Source of the DNA: Eledone cirrhosa | Lineage: Eukaryota | Direction: 5' to 3' | DNA length: 64,000 nucleotides | Assembly (NCBI GenBank): GCA_964016885.1 | Contig: OZ024761.1 | Span: forward strand, 6,324,001 to 6,388,000 | Part shown: piece after piece, positions 38,508 to 51,400 of the stretch | How the letters are laid out: every line of letters starts with the position of its first letter | How positions within the stretch are numbered: position 1 is the stretch's first letter | Made by a program: the position numbers and the translations under genes | Notes under the pieces: generated by a model | The model's database searches: none | Seen by the model: the letters and a program-made list of their open reading frames with translations, nothing else | Told to the model about the DNA's origin: nothing

Positions 38508-40233
38508 TTTTTTTTTTCTTAGAGAAATAAACATTTATTTACAATAGTTTATAACTTTGCCTATTAATCCGTATGGGGGGCAAATGGGGTCCCACGTGCT
38601 GGCCTCCCCACAGCCCCGGCGGACAGGATGGAGAAGGCGTTTCCCCGGAGGATGGTAAGGGAGATGCGCTGGAAGAGCCATTCCAACTCGCGAGGTTCAC
38701 ACCTGTGGCTGGCTAGCTGAGTGCCTATGGTGGTGAATAGGGAGGTAGCCCTAGGGCCAAGGACACCAGAAGTCTCCACTGCCAAGGGCACGACCGGTAC
38801 GTGGAGAGTTTGGCCTCCTCGGCCCGACGTGCAGCAGTACCTGGGTCAGTCGCAGACTGCACCAGGTTGCGGCTGGAGAAAGTGTCGCTGCATGTGGCAC
38901 CCCAGACGAGGAGTTTGCCACCGCGAAACGGGAAGATGGTCATACAGTCTGGCCTTTTGCCATCCCCTCGGTTCCGCCCCACCGGCTCGAGCTGGGAGGG
39001 GAAGCCTGCAGCGTCCAAGCCATGCTTAATGACCTCGTTGAGGGCAGCATGGCGTGTAAGGCGGCCGACACTGTGGCGACAGGAAAGCGGGTGGAGTCCG
39101 AAAGAGTCCACGGTGGATCGACAGCGACATTTATGTGGCTCGAGATCCAGAGTCCAATCCTCAAGGAAACGCCGATGCGCAGGCTATCGTTATCCAGCTG
39201 CGTGCCAGTGGAGAAGGAGGGCAAGGCATGGAGCCAGGCACCACTGTGGGGTTTGGAGGCCGCGCGAAAACAGGCAAGGCGGTGCTGGTTAAGCTGGCAC
39301 GTGAGCCTGTCTGAGGCCAGGCTGCACTGGATGGCATCCTATACGCTTTGGAGGGACTTGACGTCAGCAGGGGGAGAAGGAGGAGGGACGTCTACCGGGC
39401 TAAGTCCCAGCCTATCCCACGTCTCACAGGCGACTTCACGTTCCCTGAACACAGAGGATTCTATTGTGTTTTGGAGAACCCTGCTGCCGAGGACGCGGCA
39501 TGAGGTTACCGATGAAAGAAACAGTGGCAAAGCCAGTGAGATCGGGCACCGGAGGCCAAGGCCACCATACCTAACAGGTAAAGTGGCCTGTTGCCATCCA
39601 ATGTCGTCAAATCTGACGTTGCATATCTCCTCAGCTGTCGCTCGGATACAAGTGTCGAGGTCAGCGAGGAGAGATGGGTGGGTGTAGAACGGAGCGCTGC
39701 GAAGAGTGTAGAGGAGCTTCGGTATGGCGAAGCAATTCCTCAACAGGAAGAGAGCTGTTTGGCCGTCGATCAAGCCCAGTCGGCTCGTAAGGGTCTGGAG
39801 TTGTTGGAGCCTAGACCTGATGGTGGAGCGGATAGCCGGCGGGTGGATCGGTGACCCAAGGATGAGGACATCCTCTTTAGAGGTCACCTGTACCTGGTGG
39901 AAAATGGACCGCACTTCCGAGACGGAGGCTGCGAAGCTCTCAGCATCATAGCTGACATTCACCACCTCCGACTTGGACGAGTTGACCTGGAGGCCGATTC
40001 CCGCCAGGGCAGGAACCACCGATTGAAGGACATGGCAGAGAGTCTACACGGGCCCTCCCAGCGTCGCATCACCCAGGTACCAAACGTTGAGAGGGGCCAT
40101 GATACTCCGTGGTCAATGATACAATGTGGTCTATACCAAGGGCAAACAGGAGGGGGCCCAGAGGGTCGCCCTGTTTGACCCCAGTAGCCGAAGGTATGAC
40201 CGTGTCAGCAGCAAGGAGCATGCTAGGGGCTCC
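38508..40233 (-). mobile_element. CRE-clade non-LTR retrotransposon, 5'-truncated, with poly(A) tail
   Basis: Poly(T) at 38508-38517 on +; AATAAA upstream on minus; candidate TSD TATATATATACACAC (38493-38507) / TGTATGTATACACAC (40234-40248). Confidence 0.88.
38564..40233 (-). pseudogene. RT + zinc knuckle + restriction-like endonuclease (CRE type), frameshifted
   Basis: GVKQGDPLGPLLFALGID; NVWYLGDATLGG (YLDD->YLGD); GLQVNSSKSE; ILGSPI; PKLLYTLR; QATLPVRYGGLGLR; HPLSC...RHAALNEVI...EP...DGKRPD; PLAVETSG...QRISLTILRGNA. Confidence 0.9.
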
Positions 40234-40589
40234 TGTATGTATACACACGTATACAATCATATATATATATATATGTATACACGCTTACACAATCATATAT
40301 GTATGTATACACATTTATATATAACTATAAGTGTATGTATATACATTTATACAATCATAAGTGTATGTATAAGCACTTATATTATCATATGTGTATGTAT
40401 ATATGTATACACGCTTACACAACCATATATGTATGTACACACACTATCATATATGTATGAATATACACTTATACAGTCAGCTGTATGTATACACGCTTAC
40501 ACAATCATATCAATATATATACACATTTATACAATCATATATATATATGTATATATATATATACATATATATGTGTGTGTGTGTGTACA

Positions 40590-40701
<112 letters not shown>

Positions 40702-40722
40702 GGAGGTGAGTTTATGTTACCT

Positions 40723-40781
40723 TATTTTATCTGATGAGAACGCAGGATGATATTTGTTTTTGAAATGCGCATAATAAAATA
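40723..40781 (+). ncRNA. Hammerhead ribozyme (family D, shortened stem II)
   Basis: TATTTTAT-CTGATGA-gaacgcaggatgatatttgttttt-GAAA-TGCGCA-TA-ATAAAATA. Confidence 0.7.
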
Positions 40782-40814
40782 TATGGAACTTTTTTAACCA
40801 TATTTTAATTTCTT

Positions 40815-40858
<44 letters not shown>

Positions 40859-40993
40859 TATATATAATTTAGAAGTTTACATACACATAAACTAGACAGA
40901 GCCGTAGAGATATATATATATATGTTTTTGGCAACCATTCACGGTGTGGCCCAATGACGAATTAATTAATTAAATAATCAACAATCAGAGCAA

Positions 40994-41084
40994 TATATAA
41001 GAAAGTAAGTCCATAGAATCATTAGATAAAATATATACAAATTTCTTCTCCCAATCAGTTCTATGGACTTACTTTCTTATATAT
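40994..41084. repeat. Inverted repeat (about 23-bp arms)
   Basis: TATAAGAAAGTAAGTCCATAGAA ... TTCTATGGACTTACTTTCTTATA. Confidence 0.85.
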
Positions 41085-41424
41085 ATATATATATATATAT
41101 ATTGAATTATTGTATTACTGCTCCTAAAAGAACTTCTAAAATAGTAGAGCTGGCTTTAAGTTCTAACAGTGGCTATTTTTAACTCTGGTTGACCTGGGCA
41201 TTTGTCAGACAATATCATTAAGAATTTTATGTATTAATCTATATATGTGTATTAATCAATACATATATACAACTCATAATATTATAATATTATAAAATTA
41301 AATCACATTTTTTAACACAAGTTAAGTCACTCTTTTCCTTTTTTGCAAATATATATATGACCCTCCCAAAGTATAACAATATAATATATATATATATATT
41401 TATTTATATATATATATATATATA

Positions 41425-41715
41425 TAACGAAGGAAGTGTGGTAAAGAACCAGATGGACCATAACGCACCAGAGTACTCAATACTTTGGGTAGTAGAGGTA
41501 ATAGGAAAATGTTCAAGACCCCGACGACAGAGCTCAAGCCGTTTTGACGGCTATTTCTGGACTAAATTAGATTTTTGCGTGGTAAATAAATAGCCGAACT
41601 TTTCAAGTGGTAATTCCATATATGGGCGTACGATAATCATGCATTTCAGAAGATTGTAGTTGTCAAAAGGATTGGTCAAAATTTCTTGTAAACACAATTA
41701 AATCTTTCAAATATA
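41425..41715 (-). mobile_element. Longest family B pseudo-LTR copy
   Basis: Homologous to 6199-6370, 43121-43340 and 43644-43830; extends through the full HHR. Confidence 0.75.
41518..41611 (-). ncRNA. Hammerhead motif (family B) with U3-A8 core and G12A
   Basis: ACCAC-TTGAAAA-gtt CGGCTATTT...AAATAGCCG tc-AAAA-CGGC ttgagctct GTCG-TC-GGGGT; sister fragments retain GAAA and GCCGTC. Confidence 0.65.
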
Positions 41716-41739
41716 TTAATGTATATATTTATATAAGTG

Positions 41740-41785
<46 letters not shown>

Positions 41786-41788
<3 letters not shown>

Positions 41789-41934
41789 GCTTTCCAGCAT
41801 AGTTACGTCCCTTTACGATCTGAGTTCAAATCCCGCCGAGGTTGACTTTGCCTTTCATCCTTACGGCGTAGATAAAATAAAGTACCAGTAATGCACTGGG
41901 TAATTTCTGGCCTTGTGCCTAACGTAGAAACAAT
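41786..41934 (+). mobile_element. 5'-truncated tRNA-derived SINE
   Basis: Near-identical to the reverse complement of about 34046-34192. Confidence 0.92.
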
Positions 41935-42242
41935 TAATGTATATATATATATATATATATATATTTCGGCTGACTGCCACAGACGGGACGGGTAGCAGTA
42001 AACTATGGTACGGGCCTAAATGGGTCATTGTTTGGCTGAGAGGGTGAACTGACTAAGCCAATTTCGTTGAAATCGGCGGTAGCTAATGGTCAACTTCCTT
42101 CGGACATGCCCCTGCGCAGACCGGTGGGGGTGAATTGGTACTCACAGGGGAACGGATGAAGAACCCAAAAGCACACACTTCTTCCGTTCCCATGTCGATT
42201 CAACTTGGATTGCCTTGGAAACATAACCTTATTATGTAACAA

Positions 42243-42316
42243 GCCGTCTGATGATGTCACGACACTCGCACACAGAACAGTGTGGCAAGTGTCGTCATTG
42301 AAATATATATCACAGC
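42243..42316 (+). ncRNA. Type I hammerhead motif (family F)
   Basis: GCCGT-CTGATGA-tgtc ACGACACT...AGTGTCGT catt-GAAA-TATATA-TC-ACAGC; palindromic loop III; imperfect stem I and stem II base. Confidence 0.7.
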
Positions 42317-42392
42317 ATTGTTATTAAAGGACTTGAACATCTGAAACTACTTCGCTTTTACTTATTCGATTCTATATATATATATATATATA

Positions 42393-42866
<474 letters not shown>

Positions 42867-43045
42867 AAACATAAATTATCGAGAATCGCATTTCGGCCCA
42901 CGAAATAACGAAAAGCAACCTCCGAAATGTGTGGCAAGTGCTCAATGATTCAGATGAACCAGAGCTACAACATACGTTAAAGGCCAAACACACTGAGACG
43001 ATGGTTAAACAATCATTCGCATAGCCAAAAAAAAAAACGATCAAG

Positions 43046-43120
<75 letters not shown>

Positions 43121-43123
<3 letters not shown>

Positions 43124-43336
43124 CGAAGGAAATGTGGTAAGGAACCTGGTGGACCATAATGCACCAAAGTACTCAATACTTAGGGTAGTAGAGTGGGTAA
43201 TAGGAACGAGTAGGACCCCCACGTCTGAGCTCAAGCCGTTTCGACGGCTAATTCTGGACTAGATGAACATTTTTATCTAGTCCAGAATTAGCCGTCGAAA
43301 CGGCTTGAGCTCAGCCGCCGGGGTCCTACTCGTTCC

Positions 43337-43340
<4 letters not shown>
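43121..43340 (-). mobile_element. Family B fold-back fragment
   Basis: Arms about 43200-43264 and 43275-43339, 10-nt spacer; HHR 3' half only. Confidence 0.82.
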
Positions 43341-43377
<37 letters not shown>

Positions 43378-43387
43378 ATATATTGAA

Positions 43388-43500
43388 GGCGCGTGGTTGA
43401 GTGGTTCGAGAGTTGGATTCGCAATTATGCATTCGATTCCTGGACCGGGTGATGCGTTATGTCCTTGAGCAAGACACTTTATTTCACGTTGCTCCTTCTA
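43388..43500 (+). mobile_element. Second tRNA-derived SINE family with CORE-like segment
   Basis: A-box TGGTTGAGTGG, B-box-like ATTCGATTCC, then TGTCCTTGAGCAAGACACTTTATTTCAC. Confidence 0.7.
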
Positions 43501-43617
43501 CCTGGAGTTGCGACCGATAGATAGTACTAGCAACTGGAAAGACCGACGGAAACAGTGTTTCCTAGGTCCGATTTGACGAAAGTCGATCGACTGTCGATAT
43601 ATATATATACACACACT

Positions 43618-43643
<26 letters not shown>

Positions 43644-43648
<5 letters not shown>

Positions 43649-43825
43649 GGAACCAGTAAGACCCCGACAGCTGAGCTCAAGCCGTTTCGACGGCTAATTC
43701 TCCGTCGAAACGGCTTGAGCTCAGCTGTCGGGGTCTTACTGGTTCCTATTATCCACTCTACTACCTCAAGTATTGAGTACTTTGGTGCGTTATGGTCCAC
43801 CTGGTTCCTTACCACATTTCCTTCG

Positions 43826-43830
<5 letters not shown>
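43644..43830 (+). mobile_element. Family B fold-back fragment (opposite orientation to 43121-43340)
   Basis: Perfect arms about 43644-43693 and 43702-43752, 8-nt spacer CTAATTCT. Confidence 0.85.
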
Positions 43831-43877
<47 letters not shown>

Positions 43878-44186
43878 ATATATGTGTGTGTGTGTGTATA
43901 TATGTGTGTGTGTGTACGACGGCTGTCGAGACGGCAAGACTCATTCTAATATATTCATGTGTGCGTATACACATTTAAACAATGATATATATATATACAT
44001 ACACACACATACAGATATACATACACACACATATATACACACACATATAAACATACGCACACATACACATACATACATACATACACACATTCACACATGC
44101 ACCCACATACACACCCACATACGCATACACACACACACGCATACATAACACCCATACACACATACACACACACATATATATATATA

Positions 44187-45364
44187 CCACCACCACCACC
44201 ACACCACCACCACTACCACCACCACCATACTACCACCACTACCACCACTACACCACCACCACAGCACCACTAGCACCACCACCACCACACCACCACACTA
44301 CCGCAACCACACCACCACACTACCACCACCACACTACCAACACCACTACCACCACTACACCACCACCACAGCACCACTAGCACCACCACCACCACACCAC
44401 CACACTACCACCACCACTACCACCACTACACCACCACCACCTCCACACCACCAACCCACCACCACCACTACCACACACACCTACCCCTCCTCTAACTACT
44501 ACCAGTCAATTAACTCTTACTCCCCCTCACCCCTCATATTATTTTAACATTAAATCATCTCTCTCCCCCTCTCTCATATTCTCTCTCCCTTTCTCCCCCT
44601 CCCTCTCATATTCTCTCTCCCTCTCCCTCCCTCACTCCCCCTCTCTCATATTCTCTCTCCCTTTGTCCCCCCCTCTCTCCCCTATCTCATATTCTCTCTC
44701 CCTCCCCCCTCCCCTCCCTCTCCCTCTCTCTCCCGCCCCCTCTCATATTCTCTCTCCCTCCCTCTCTCCCCTCCCTCTTAAATTCTCTCTCCCATTCGCT
44801 CTCCCTTTCTCTCCCTTTCTCCCCCTCCCTCTCATATTCTCTCCCTCTCCCCATCCTCATTTCTCCAATATTTCAGTTTTCTTATCTGCCTGTCTATCTC
44901 TCTCTCTCTCACACACACACATACACACACACACACATACACAGATACACACAAACACACACCTACATACACACATACACACATACATACATACACACTC
45001 CCCTCACACACACACAAACACATGCACATATACACACACACACACAATCCCCTAACACACACACACATACACACTCCCCTAACACACACACACACACTTC
45101 CCTCACACACACTCCACTCACGCACACACACTCCCCTCAAACACACACACACACTCCCCTCACACACACACACACTCCTCTCACACACACACACTCCCCT
45201 CACACACACACACTCCCCTCACACACACACGTGTGTGCCAGTATACACTCGTTATAGATGTAAATATATGATGGGTGTGTGTGATTATCAATCTATCTCT
45301 CGATATTTATATTTATATATATATATATATACGTATATATATATACATATAAATATATACATAT

Positions 45365-45397
<33 letters not shown>

Positions 45398-45660
45398 TAT
45401 ACATGTATGTATGTATGTATATATGTCTACATAAACAAAACATACATCATGTGAATTCACTTCGGACATACACACACGCACACATACATATATTCATTTA
45501 CGCACACATGCACACACACACACACACACATATACTCACTACGACTCCACCACCACCACCACCAACACCACCACCACCACCACCACCACCACCACACACA
45601 CATATATACACACTACGACTCCCCCCACCACCACCACCAACACCACCACCACCACCACAC
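44187..45660. repeat. Mixed (ACC)n, (CT)n, (CA)n and (TA)n low-complexity block
   Basis: Direct observation. Confidence 0.9.
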
Positions 45661-45715
45661 ACTCGCGACCATCGTTGTCTTAAACTTTGACCTCCAATCT
45701 CATAGTTACATGTAA

Positions 45716-47965
45716 CTTTGACAGTACTACAACACTAACAACACCCCCACCTCACCACCTTTGACAGTACTACAACACTAACAACACCCCCACCTCACCA
45801 CCTTTGACAGTACTACAACACTAACAACACCACCTCACCACCTTTGACAGTACTACAACACTAACAACACCACCTCACCTCCTTTGACAGTACTACAACA
45901 CTAACAACAACACCACCTCACCACCTTTGAGAGTACTACAACACTAACAGCAACACCACCTCACCACCTTTGACAGTACTACAACACTAACAAGAACACC
46001 ACCACATCTACTTTGACAGTACTACAGCACTAACAACACCACCTCACCACCTTTGACAGTACTACAACACTAACAACACCACCACCTGACCAGCTTTGAC
46101 AGTACTACAACACTAACAACACCACCTCACCACCTTTGACAGTACTACAACACTAACAACACCACCACCTCACCACCTTTGACAGTACTACAACACTAAC
46201 AACACCACCCCACCACCTTTGACAGTACTACAACACTAACAACACCACCACCTCACCAGCTTTGACAGTACTACAACACTAACAACACCACCACCTCACC
46301 ACCTTTGACAGTACTACAACACTAACAAGAACACCACCTCACATCCTTTGACAGTACTACAGCACTAACAACACCACCTCACCACCTTTGACAGTACTAC
46401 AACACTAACAACAACACCACCTCACCTCCTTTGACAGTACTACAACACTAACAACAACACCTCAACTCCTTTGACAGTACTACAGCACTAACAACACCAC
46501 CTCACCACCTTTGACAGTACTACAACACTAACAAAAACAGCACCTCACCTCCTTTGACAGTACTACAACACTAACAACACCACCTCGCCACCTTTGACAG
46601 TACTACAACACTAACAACACCACCTCACCACCTTTGACAGTACTACAACACTAACAACACCACCTCACCTCCTTTGACAGTACTACAACACTAACAACAC
46701 CACCACCTCACCACCTTTGACAGTACTACAACACTAACAACACCACCTCACCTCCTTTGACAGTACTACAACACTAACAACACCACCACCTCACCACCTT
46801 TGACAGTACTACAACACTAACAACACCACCTCACCTCCTTTGACAGTACTACAACACTAACAACAACACCACCTCACCTCCTTTGACAGTACTACAACAC
46901 TAACAACACCACCTCACCACCTTTGACAGTACTACAACACTAACAACACCACCTCACCTCCTTTGACAGTACTACAACACTAACAACAACACCACCTCAC
47001 CTCCTTTGACAGTACTACAACACTAACAACAACACCACCTCACCTCCTTTGACAGTACTACAACACTAACAACAACACCTCACCTCCTTTGACAGTACTA
47101 CAACACTAACAACACCACCACCTCACCTCCTTTGACAGTACTACAACACTAACAACACCACCTCACCACCTTTAACAGTACTACAACACTAACAACAACA
47201 CCACCTCACCACCTTTGACTGTACTACAACACTAGCAACACCACCACATCTACTTTGACAGTACTACAACACTAGCAACACCACCACATCTACTTTGACA
47301 GTACTACAACACTAACAACACCACCTCACCACCTTTGACAGTACTACAACACTTACAACAACACCACCTCACCACCTTTGACAGTACTACAACACTAGCA
47401 ACACCACCACATCTACTTTGACAGTACTACAACACTAGCAACACGACCTCACCTCCTTTGACAGTACTACAACACTAACAACACCACCTCACCACCTTTG
47501 ACAGTACTACAACACTAACAACAACACCACCTCACCACCTTTGACAGTACTACAACACTAGCAACACCACCTCACCTCCTTTGACAGTACTACAACACCA
47601 CCTCCTTTGACAGTACTACAACACTAACAACAACACCACCTCATCTCCTTTGACAGTACTACAACACTAACAACAACACCACCTCCTTTGACAGTACTAC
47701 AACACTAACAACAACACCACCTCACCTCCTTTCACAGTACTACAACACTAACAACAACACCACCTCCTTTGACAGTACTACAACACTAACAACAACACCA
47801 TCTCACCTCCTTTCACAGTACTACAACACTAACAACAACACCACCTCCTTTGACAGTACTACAACACTAACAACAACACCATCTCACCTCCTTTCACAGT
47901 ACTACAACACTAACAACAACACCACCTCCTTTGACAGTACTACAACACTAACAACAACACCACCC
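45716..47965. repeat. About 39-42-bp minisatellite
   Basis: CTTTGACAGTACTACAACACTAACAAC(AAC)ACCACCTCACC(A/T)C. Confidence 0.95.
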
Positions 47966-47989
47966 CTTCCACCAATGCCCAATTATCAT

Positions 47990-48455
47990 TTACATCACCA
48001 CCACTATTACCTCTGACACCACCATTACCTCTGATATCACCACCACCACCACCATTACATCTGACACCACCACCACGACTGTTACCTCTGACACCACCAC
48101 CACGACTGTTACCTCTGACACCACCACCACCACCACAACCACCACTATTGCCTCTGACACCACCACCACCACCATTACCTCTGACATCACCACCACCACC
48201 ACCACCACCAACTCTGACACCACCACCACCGCCACAACCACCACTATTGCCTCTGACACCACCACAACCACCATTACCTCTGACATCACCACCACCACCA
48301 CCAACAACTCTGACACCACCACCACCACTATTACCTCTGAAACCACCACCACCACCACCATCGACTCTGACACCACCACCACCACCACTATTACCTGTGA
48401 CACCACCAACACCTCTGACAACACCACCACCAACACCAGCACCAGCACCACCACA
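47990..48455. repeat. Degenerate TTACCTCTGAC(ACC)n minisatellite
   Basis: Direct observation. Confidence 0.85.
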
Positions 48456-48475
48456 TCCACTCCTTCCTAACATGA

Positions 48476-51400
48476 TTTAGACACAAGGCCCACAATTTTA
48501 GGAGGAGGCGGAAAGTCGATGAAAACGTTCCCAGTGTATTACTGGTACTACTAGTAACTCTAGTTTCTACTTTAGTCACAAGGCCACAAATAACACCAGT
48601 GTATTACTGGTACTACTAGTAACAATAGTTTCTACTTTAGTCACAAGGCCACCAATAACACCAGTGTATTACTGGTACTACTAGTAACAATAGTTTCTAC
48701 TATAGTCACAGGGCCACCAATAACACCAATGTATTACTGGTACTACTAGTAACAATAGTTTCTACTTTAATCACAAGGCCACCATTAACCCAGTGTATTA
48801 CTGGTACTACTAGTAACAATAGTTTCTACTTTAGTCACAAGGCCACCTATAACACCAGTGTATTACTGGTACTACTAGTAACAATAGTTTCTACTATAGT
48901 CACATGGCCACCAATAACACCAGTGTATTACTGGTACTACTAGTAACAATAGTTTCTACTATAGTCACAAAACCACCAATAACACCAGTGTATTACTGGT
49001 ACTACTAGTAACAATGGTTTCTACTTTAGTCACAAGGCCACCAATAACACCAGTGTATTACTGGTACTACTAGTAACAATAGTTTCTACTTTAGTCACAA
49101 GGCCACCAATAACTCCAGTGTATTACTGGTACTACTAGTAACAATAGTTTCTACTTTAGTCACAAGGCCACCAATAACACCAGTGTATTACTGGTACTAC
49201 TAGTAACAATAGTTTCTACTTTAGTCACAAGGCCACCAATAACACCAGTGTATTACTGGTACTACTAGTAACAATGGTTTCTACTTTAGTCACAAGGCCA
49301 CCAATAACACCAATGTATTACTGGTACTACTAGTAACAATGGTTTCTACTTTAGTCACAAGGCCACCAATAACACCAATGTATGACTGGTACTACTAGTA
49401 ACAATAGTTTCTACTATAGTCACAGGGCCACCAATAACACCAATGTATTACTGGTACTACTAGTAACAATAGTTTCTACTATAGTCACAAGGCCACCAAT
49501 AACACCAATGTATTACTGGTACTACTAGTAACACTAGTTTCTACTATAGTCACAAGCCCACCAATAACACCAATGTATGACTGGTACTAGTAGTAACAAT
49601 AGTTTCTACCTTAGACACAAGGCCACCAATAACTCCAGTGTATTACTGGTACTACTAGTAACAATAGTTTCTACTATAGTCACAAGCCCACCAATAACAC
49701 CAGTGTATTACTGGTACTACTAGTAACACTAGTTACTACTTTAGTCACAAGGCCACCAATAACACCAATGTATGACTGGTACTACTAGTAACAATAGTTT
49801 CTACTTTAGACACAAGGCCACCAATAACACCAGTGTATTACTGGTACTACTAGTAACAATGGTTTCTACTTTAGTCACAAGACCACCAATAACACCAGTG
49901 TATTACTGGTACTACTAGTGACAATACTTTCTACTTTAGTCACAAGGCCACCAATAACACCAATGTATGACTGGTACTACTAGTAACAATAGTTTCTACT
50001 TTAGTCACAAAACCACCAATAACACCAGTGTATTACTGGTACTACTAGTAACAATAGTTTCTACTTTAGTCACAAGGCCACCAATAACTCCAGTGTATTA
50101 CTGGTACTACTAGTAACAATAGTTTCTACTTTAGTCACAAAACCACCAATAACACCAGTGTATTACTGGTACTACTAGTAACAATAGTTTCTACTTTAGT
50201 CACAAGGCCACCAATAACACCAGTGTATTACTGGTACTACTAGTAACAATAGTTTCTACTTTAGACACAAGGCCACCAATAACACCAGTGTATTACTGGT
50301 ACTACTAGTAACAGTAGTTTCTACTTTAGTCACAAGGCCACCAATAACACCAGTGTATTACTGGTACTACTAGTAACAATAGTTTCTACATTAGTCACAA
50401 GGCCACCAATAACACCAGTGTATTACTGGTACTACTAGTAACAATAGTTTCTACTTTAGTCACAATATCACCAATAACACCAGTGTATTACTGGTACTAC
50501 TAGTAACAATAGTTTCTACTTTAGTCACAAGGCCACCAATAACACCAGTGTATTACTGGTACTACTAGTAACAATAGTTTCTACTTTAGTCACAAGGCCA
50601 CCAATAACCTCAGTCTATTACTGGTACTACTAGTAACAATAGTTTCTACTTTAGTCACATGGCCACCAATAACACCAGTGTATTACTGGTACTACTAGTA
50701 ACAATAGTTTCTACTTTAGTCACAAGGCCACCAATAACACCAGTGTATTACTGGTACTACTAGTAACAATAGTTTCTACTTTAGTCACAAGGCCACCAAT
50801 AAAACCAGTGTATTACTGGTACTACTAGTAACAATAGTTTCTACTTTAGTCACAAGGCCACCAATAACCTCAGTCTATTACTGGTACTACTAGTAACAAT
50901 AGTTTCTACTTTAGTCACAAGGCCACCAATAACCTCAGTGTATTACTGGTACCACTAGTAACAATAGTTTCTACTTTAGTCACAAGCCCACCAATAACAC
51001 CAGTGTATTACTGGTACTACTAGTAACAATAGTTTCTACTATAGTCACAAGACCACCAATAACACCAATGTATGACTGGTACTACTAGTAAAAATAGTTT
51101 CTACTTTAGTCACAAAACTACCAATAACACCAGTGTATTACTGGTACTACTAGTACCAATAGTTTCTACTTTAGTCACAGGGCCACCAATAACACCAGTG
51201 TATTACTGGTACTACTAGTAACAATAGTTTCTACTTTAGTCACAAGGCCACCAATAACACCAATGTATTATTGGTACTACTAGTAACACTAGTGTCTACT
51301 TTAGTCACAAGACCACCAATAACACCAATGTATTACTGGTACTACTAGTACCAATAGTTTCTACTTTAGTCACAAGACCACCAATAACACCAATGTATTA

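Noticed and set aside
42944-43018. Hairpin AATGATT...AATCATT with ATGA, as SECIS or HHR
   Set aside because: No opposing GA for the SECIS quartet; the HHR core has two substitutions and no stem III
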